Assembly (NCBI GenBank): GCA_002189035.1
Contig: CM007991.1
Location: 1,922,001 to 1,986,000, forward strand
Length of the DNA stretch: 64,000 bases
Direction: 5' to 3'
Source of the DNA: Utricularia gibba
Taxonomy: Eukaryota; Plantae; Magnoliophyta
Shown here piece by piece: positions 55,063-64,000 of this stretch. Each line of letters starts with the position of its first letter. The stretch's first letter is position 1. Both the position numbers and the translations under genes were made by a program. The notes under the pieces are model-generated. The model saw nothing but the letters and a program-made list of their open reading frames with translations, did no database searches and was not told where the DNA came from.

Positions 55063-58000
55063 TCATGTCTGCAAGGGCTGGAGTTCTTGTTCAGCTACAC
55101 CAGAATTAACTGGTTTGTATGCAGTAAGTGACTGCTTCTTCCTCCAAATAATCAATGCCACGGATACCGACAGTACAAGGACAAATACTACAAGAAACGC
55201 TAACACTGCAGCTACATAAGATTTATGCAGCCATATCCTGGACAACAACAAACGTGAAAGAAAATTATTTATTGTCAAAATATGAGCAGAAATACTTTTC
55301 TGGGTTGAATCGGTGTTGTGCATCCATTACCAAGTCACCACCAGAAGAGAAAGGCTTAGCTAGGAGAAAAGTATAGGTAGATTTAATTTACCATTTTGAA
55401 GGTGGCTGAGTTTTCCACCCAAAAATCTTGTATGTTCCAAAACTACTGGGCAAATTAAGTTGATCTTTTTCCAGCACGGAAATGATACCCTGCCATGTCG
55501 CAAAAGATTTCATATCCATATTTCAGAGGACCATGATAACAAAATACGCAAGCAGGCTGAAGGGAATCAATGTTACCTTTGCAGCAGCATTTGACATATA
55601 TTTATCATTGCTTGGGGGGAAGATGGCCCATTCTATGAGAGTATCACTCTCTCTAGTAGAGAAATCTGTCAATTTAACCTGGAAGAGTTGACACTGATGT
55701 AAGCAGCAGCACAAATTGTTAATACATGATAAGGGAAACCAGAAGGCATCAGTACAAAAAGTTGAACATAGTCTAAACAAAATGTAGCCACAAGATTCTG
55801 TTCATATATGTACTCTTGTTCTACCTGAGAAGCATCAACATTCAAACCATTCGCAATTGACTGAATGAGTCCTGAGATTTGAGGCTTCAAGTCGGAGTAT
55901 GTCATATTCAACAATATAGAGAATGATACGTGCCCTATTTCTAAATCCCCTGAAAATGAATGATGAAGTATCAGGAAACAACTTCATCCTACGGGATGGT
56001 TAGTTCAAACAGATTCCCTGGAGAATCCAGAGCACATTCAGAAGAAATTGCATGCACCCGATGTGCATCACACCCAAGGAAGAATAAAAGAAGGTAAATG
56101 CCGACAAAAAGAAACAAAACGACTTTATTTGAAGTGTCAAAGCTCCAAAAAAATTATGGCAAACTGAATAAACAACGAGATAGTAAACCTTGAAAAAAAA
56201 AAGAAATACGACAGTTCGTGCATTGTCCATGTCATGAGATGACAAACGTAGGTATGACTGCTGAATGCTCACTACTGAAAAAATTATAATTATTTCCAAT
56301 CCGTTTATCAACTGCAGGCAAGCTTCTTGATATAATAATTGCTTGATAAAGAATTTTTTTATACGGATATAATTCATTAATGAATAATGGGACAGAGAAA
56401 TTTTTAGTAACCTGGGAGCTCAGGTTGTGGAGGTTCGCTGGGAAGTGGCATTGGAGGATTTGCGATACTTGAGTCGTTCTTTTTTTCATCTGGCACAGGT
56501 GAGGGCACATTTGGCAATTGAAGTCTCTCCCACAATTCAGAACAATTTGTTTTCCAGAAACCAATTTTTTCATGTTCACGATCATATGTGACAAGTGTGT
56601 TACGGACAACAATACCTGTTACCATGCCGGTAATCAATACAGAGATGTAACCATCTAAGCCGTTGACAGAACAAATGATAATTATAACATACCCCCAAAA
56701 GAGTTGTTGGATCCCTTCCATTTTGGAAAATCCCAAGGCAGTATGCACCAGCCACCTTTGAATGCTTTAGGGTGGAAGATAGCACAAGACACGATGCAGA
56801 GATGTTGGGTAAGGTATCAATGTAGAAAAACAATAAGAAAACACAATACACCGTGACTTTATCAATGCTGGTTAAGAGTTGAACTTATAGTGTGCAGTGG
56901 ATTATCAATAAACAGATTAAAGCAATGAGGCACGCATACCCTGAATAGATAATTTTCAGGAGAGAGCAATAGCTTCTGTCCATTACCAAATGCCATTTCA
57001 ACAGATGGAAAGATATTTGACAGTTTTGAAACATCGCTGAACCATAAAAAGTTAGCAAGGTAAGCATTACAAAATAAAAAGTTAATCAAGCAACAAAAGA
57101 TTGAGTCAAAAGCAGCAGCATCTCACCTCCCAGCACCAGAAAAGCATATATCCTTATAATTAGGATCAGGACCTGGTACCTTTTGAAGGGAGTGAAGTTC
57201 CTTCAAGATCTGCATAGCACAAGCTAACATGGTAAAGAGTGTAGCATAAACTGAAATATACAACAACGTCTATCATTTTATATAGAAAGAGTATCTTACC
57301 GCTTCCTTGAACGCTACAAAAGCTGCTTCCGGTAGATAGGCATAAGTTGTACCACTATCCAAAACAGTTCCATGTTTAGCATCAAATACTCTTGGATTAA
57401 GAGGCAGCACCTTCCCCGCAACATATATCTCCCTCAGGTCAATATTGTAATATGGGCTGTTGCCATCCCGAAACTAGAGTAAATGTGAGATGAATCAAGC
57501 ATTCTTGTTAGGAAAGAGCCTAACACTCCATTAAAATATTAGGATAATCATCCCAAACGCACCTTCGTGCAGGGTCAGAGTGTGCAAAGATCATATCAGC
57601 AGGAGGCGAAATTCCTCCAAGAACCATTGCACCACCTCCAACATCCATTCCACCATAGCACAAAGAAAATGAATCGTTAATTACACCTTTTCCAACAAGT
57701 TGATCGACAATGCTGAGATCTCCACGACCCAAACCCATAATCCCATCAGCGTGCTGACTGTAAAGATCACCTGTTTCCATATTCTCACAGCCAAAAACTG
57801 CTCGCTGAGGATCCAGCTCACTCAGAGTACCAAATGACACAATGTCCTCACCCAAAACCCCACTGCTAGAACTCATTTCAGCATACTGCCTCTCGTAAGT
57901 ACATTGTTCTTTGTCACTATCACAGGTGCAGTCTGCGTTACACTTGACAGGGTGATAAGTGCTAGATTGGTCAGGTTGAAATTTAGGATCCTGTATAGAG

Positions 58001-58718
58001 AGGGCATCAAAGCAAATCACTAAGAGTGAAAAAAAGACATCCTGAAATTAGTGTACCTTGCACAATTAGGATCCTATATTGCTTGAAACAACACAAATGG
58101 AAAAGGCGCTACCTACATCACGGCTAAATTCACTTGGCATGATACAGATCCAAATGAAAAACCAGTTACCGCGCACAAAATTTATAGGAAAAAGAAAACA
58201 AAACCATACCCATACAGATCACCATAAAGGAAAAGAAAAACTTGAAAGAAAAAAAAAGAAATGGATAATCAAAAGCACCTGATGGTTGCCACATCGAACG
58301 CAAGTCGAGCAGGGAACGTAAGTCACCGTACTTCCCGTATCTACAATAAGAGCAAATCTCTGCGGGGGAGTCCCGATCCACAAACGAGTAGTGTAATACC
58401 TAAAACCCAGAAAAAAAATACATCAGATCACACAATACACAAATATCAAACAGATCTCAGTGAATCCAATCAAGAATCAGATGTAAACCCATTGAGGAGC
58501 AAATCGTCGTGCAGCGGCATTCGAGCATTGGCGTTTGTACCACCGAGTAGTTGGCGACTGCTAGAACGCCGGGGATCCCGGTCGTTGAAAAATAAAGGCA
58601 GAATCAAGGCGGAATTGTTGCTTCTACCATCACCAGCAACCGAAACAATAAAATCTTGGCGCCATGACACGGCACCGGCGGCGGCGGAGAGTATGGTGAA
58701 GACACATACCCAAAACAT
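55063..58718 (-). CDS. Atypical A1 aspartic protease with C-terminal transmembrane anchor (At3g50050/At5g43100-like)
   Basis: Signal peptide, RMPLHDDLLLNGYYTTRLWIGTPPQRFALIVDTGS, second catalytic motif LDSGTT, and a hydrophobic C-terminal helix VAAVLAFLVVFVLVLSVSVALII. Confidence 0.92.
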
Positions 58719-58919
58719 AGTCACGGTAAGAAGTTGATCGCCTCTCAGTGATCAGGACGCCCTCTGAATGAGATTCAGTCAAAAGGAAATAAGCAAAGCC
58801 TGCAAAGTTGACCTCCCAGCGAGCGTCGCCCCCAACTCCTCCTTTTTTTATTCATTATAAAATTTGGTCTTACCAATTTTTAATGCAAATTAATTGTCAT
58901 ACACCGGGAAATTGGAATC

Positions 58920-59185
58920 CATGATCCGACCCGTTTTTTATTGGTTCGACCGGTTCACCCGAATCAATTTAATTGGTTCCAAAATTCATTATTTGAAATT
59001 GGTAGACAAAACACTCTGAACCGGTCGTATGATGCATCTTATTACAAGAGAACCGGTCCCTCAGGAGGCGCACAGAGCATTTTTTTTTTCAATTTTTTTC
59101 TATACAATTTGAAGCAAGGGCGGCATCAACTGGGGGTTAGGAAACCGGAGACCGGTTCGACACCAGTTCCCGGTTCAACCAAGAT
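58920..59185. mobile_element. Possible degenerate non-autonomous DNA transposon remnant rich in ACCGGT(T/C) motifs
   Basis: Repeated ggttcgaccggttc, gaaccggtc (x2), aaccggagaccggttc and cccggttcaacc between EDR1 and the protease. No clear TIR or TSD. Confidence 0.35.
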
Positions 59186-59248
59186 TCAGGCTTGGGGCTT
59201 GGAATGATCAACCTGCTGTGAGTATTTAGCCAGGCAAAATGGATGCCT

Positions 59249-64000
<4,752 letters not shown>

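Overview
Gene-dense flowering-plant nuclear DNA, with about 18 spliced or intronless protein-coding genes in 64 kb and short introns and intergenic spacers. In order: TOPLESS-related (TPR2/3-type), PADRE/DUF4228, RFI2-like RING E3, SRPP/REF, CDPK-related kinase, WAKL14/21-like receptor kinase, JINGUBANG-like WD40, MOCOS-like PLP-fold protein, NC2-alpha, SAC3C, GAMYB (perfect miR159 site), REX1B-domain protein, RBL/RBBP5, ARPC2A, NEK, a membrane-anchored A1 aspartic protease, and a 5'-truncated EDR1. Two patterns are not visible in the ORF track. First, four decayed genes lie in apparent intergenic DNA: a PP2C, a dormancy/auxin-repressed DRM homolog, a RALF peptide gene and a small plant-specific gene. 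Their lesions (nonsense codons, lost ATG or splice site, internal deletions) look like real gene loss. Second, 12 frameshifts in 9 otherwise intact genes are all single-base deficits, 11 of them in homopolymer runs, which points to uncorrected long-read assembly error rather than biology. All family assignments come from manual translation and recalled family motifs; no database search was run. I found no prokaryote-type system, tRNA, rRNA or CRISPR array, and no convincing wholly new multi-gene system.
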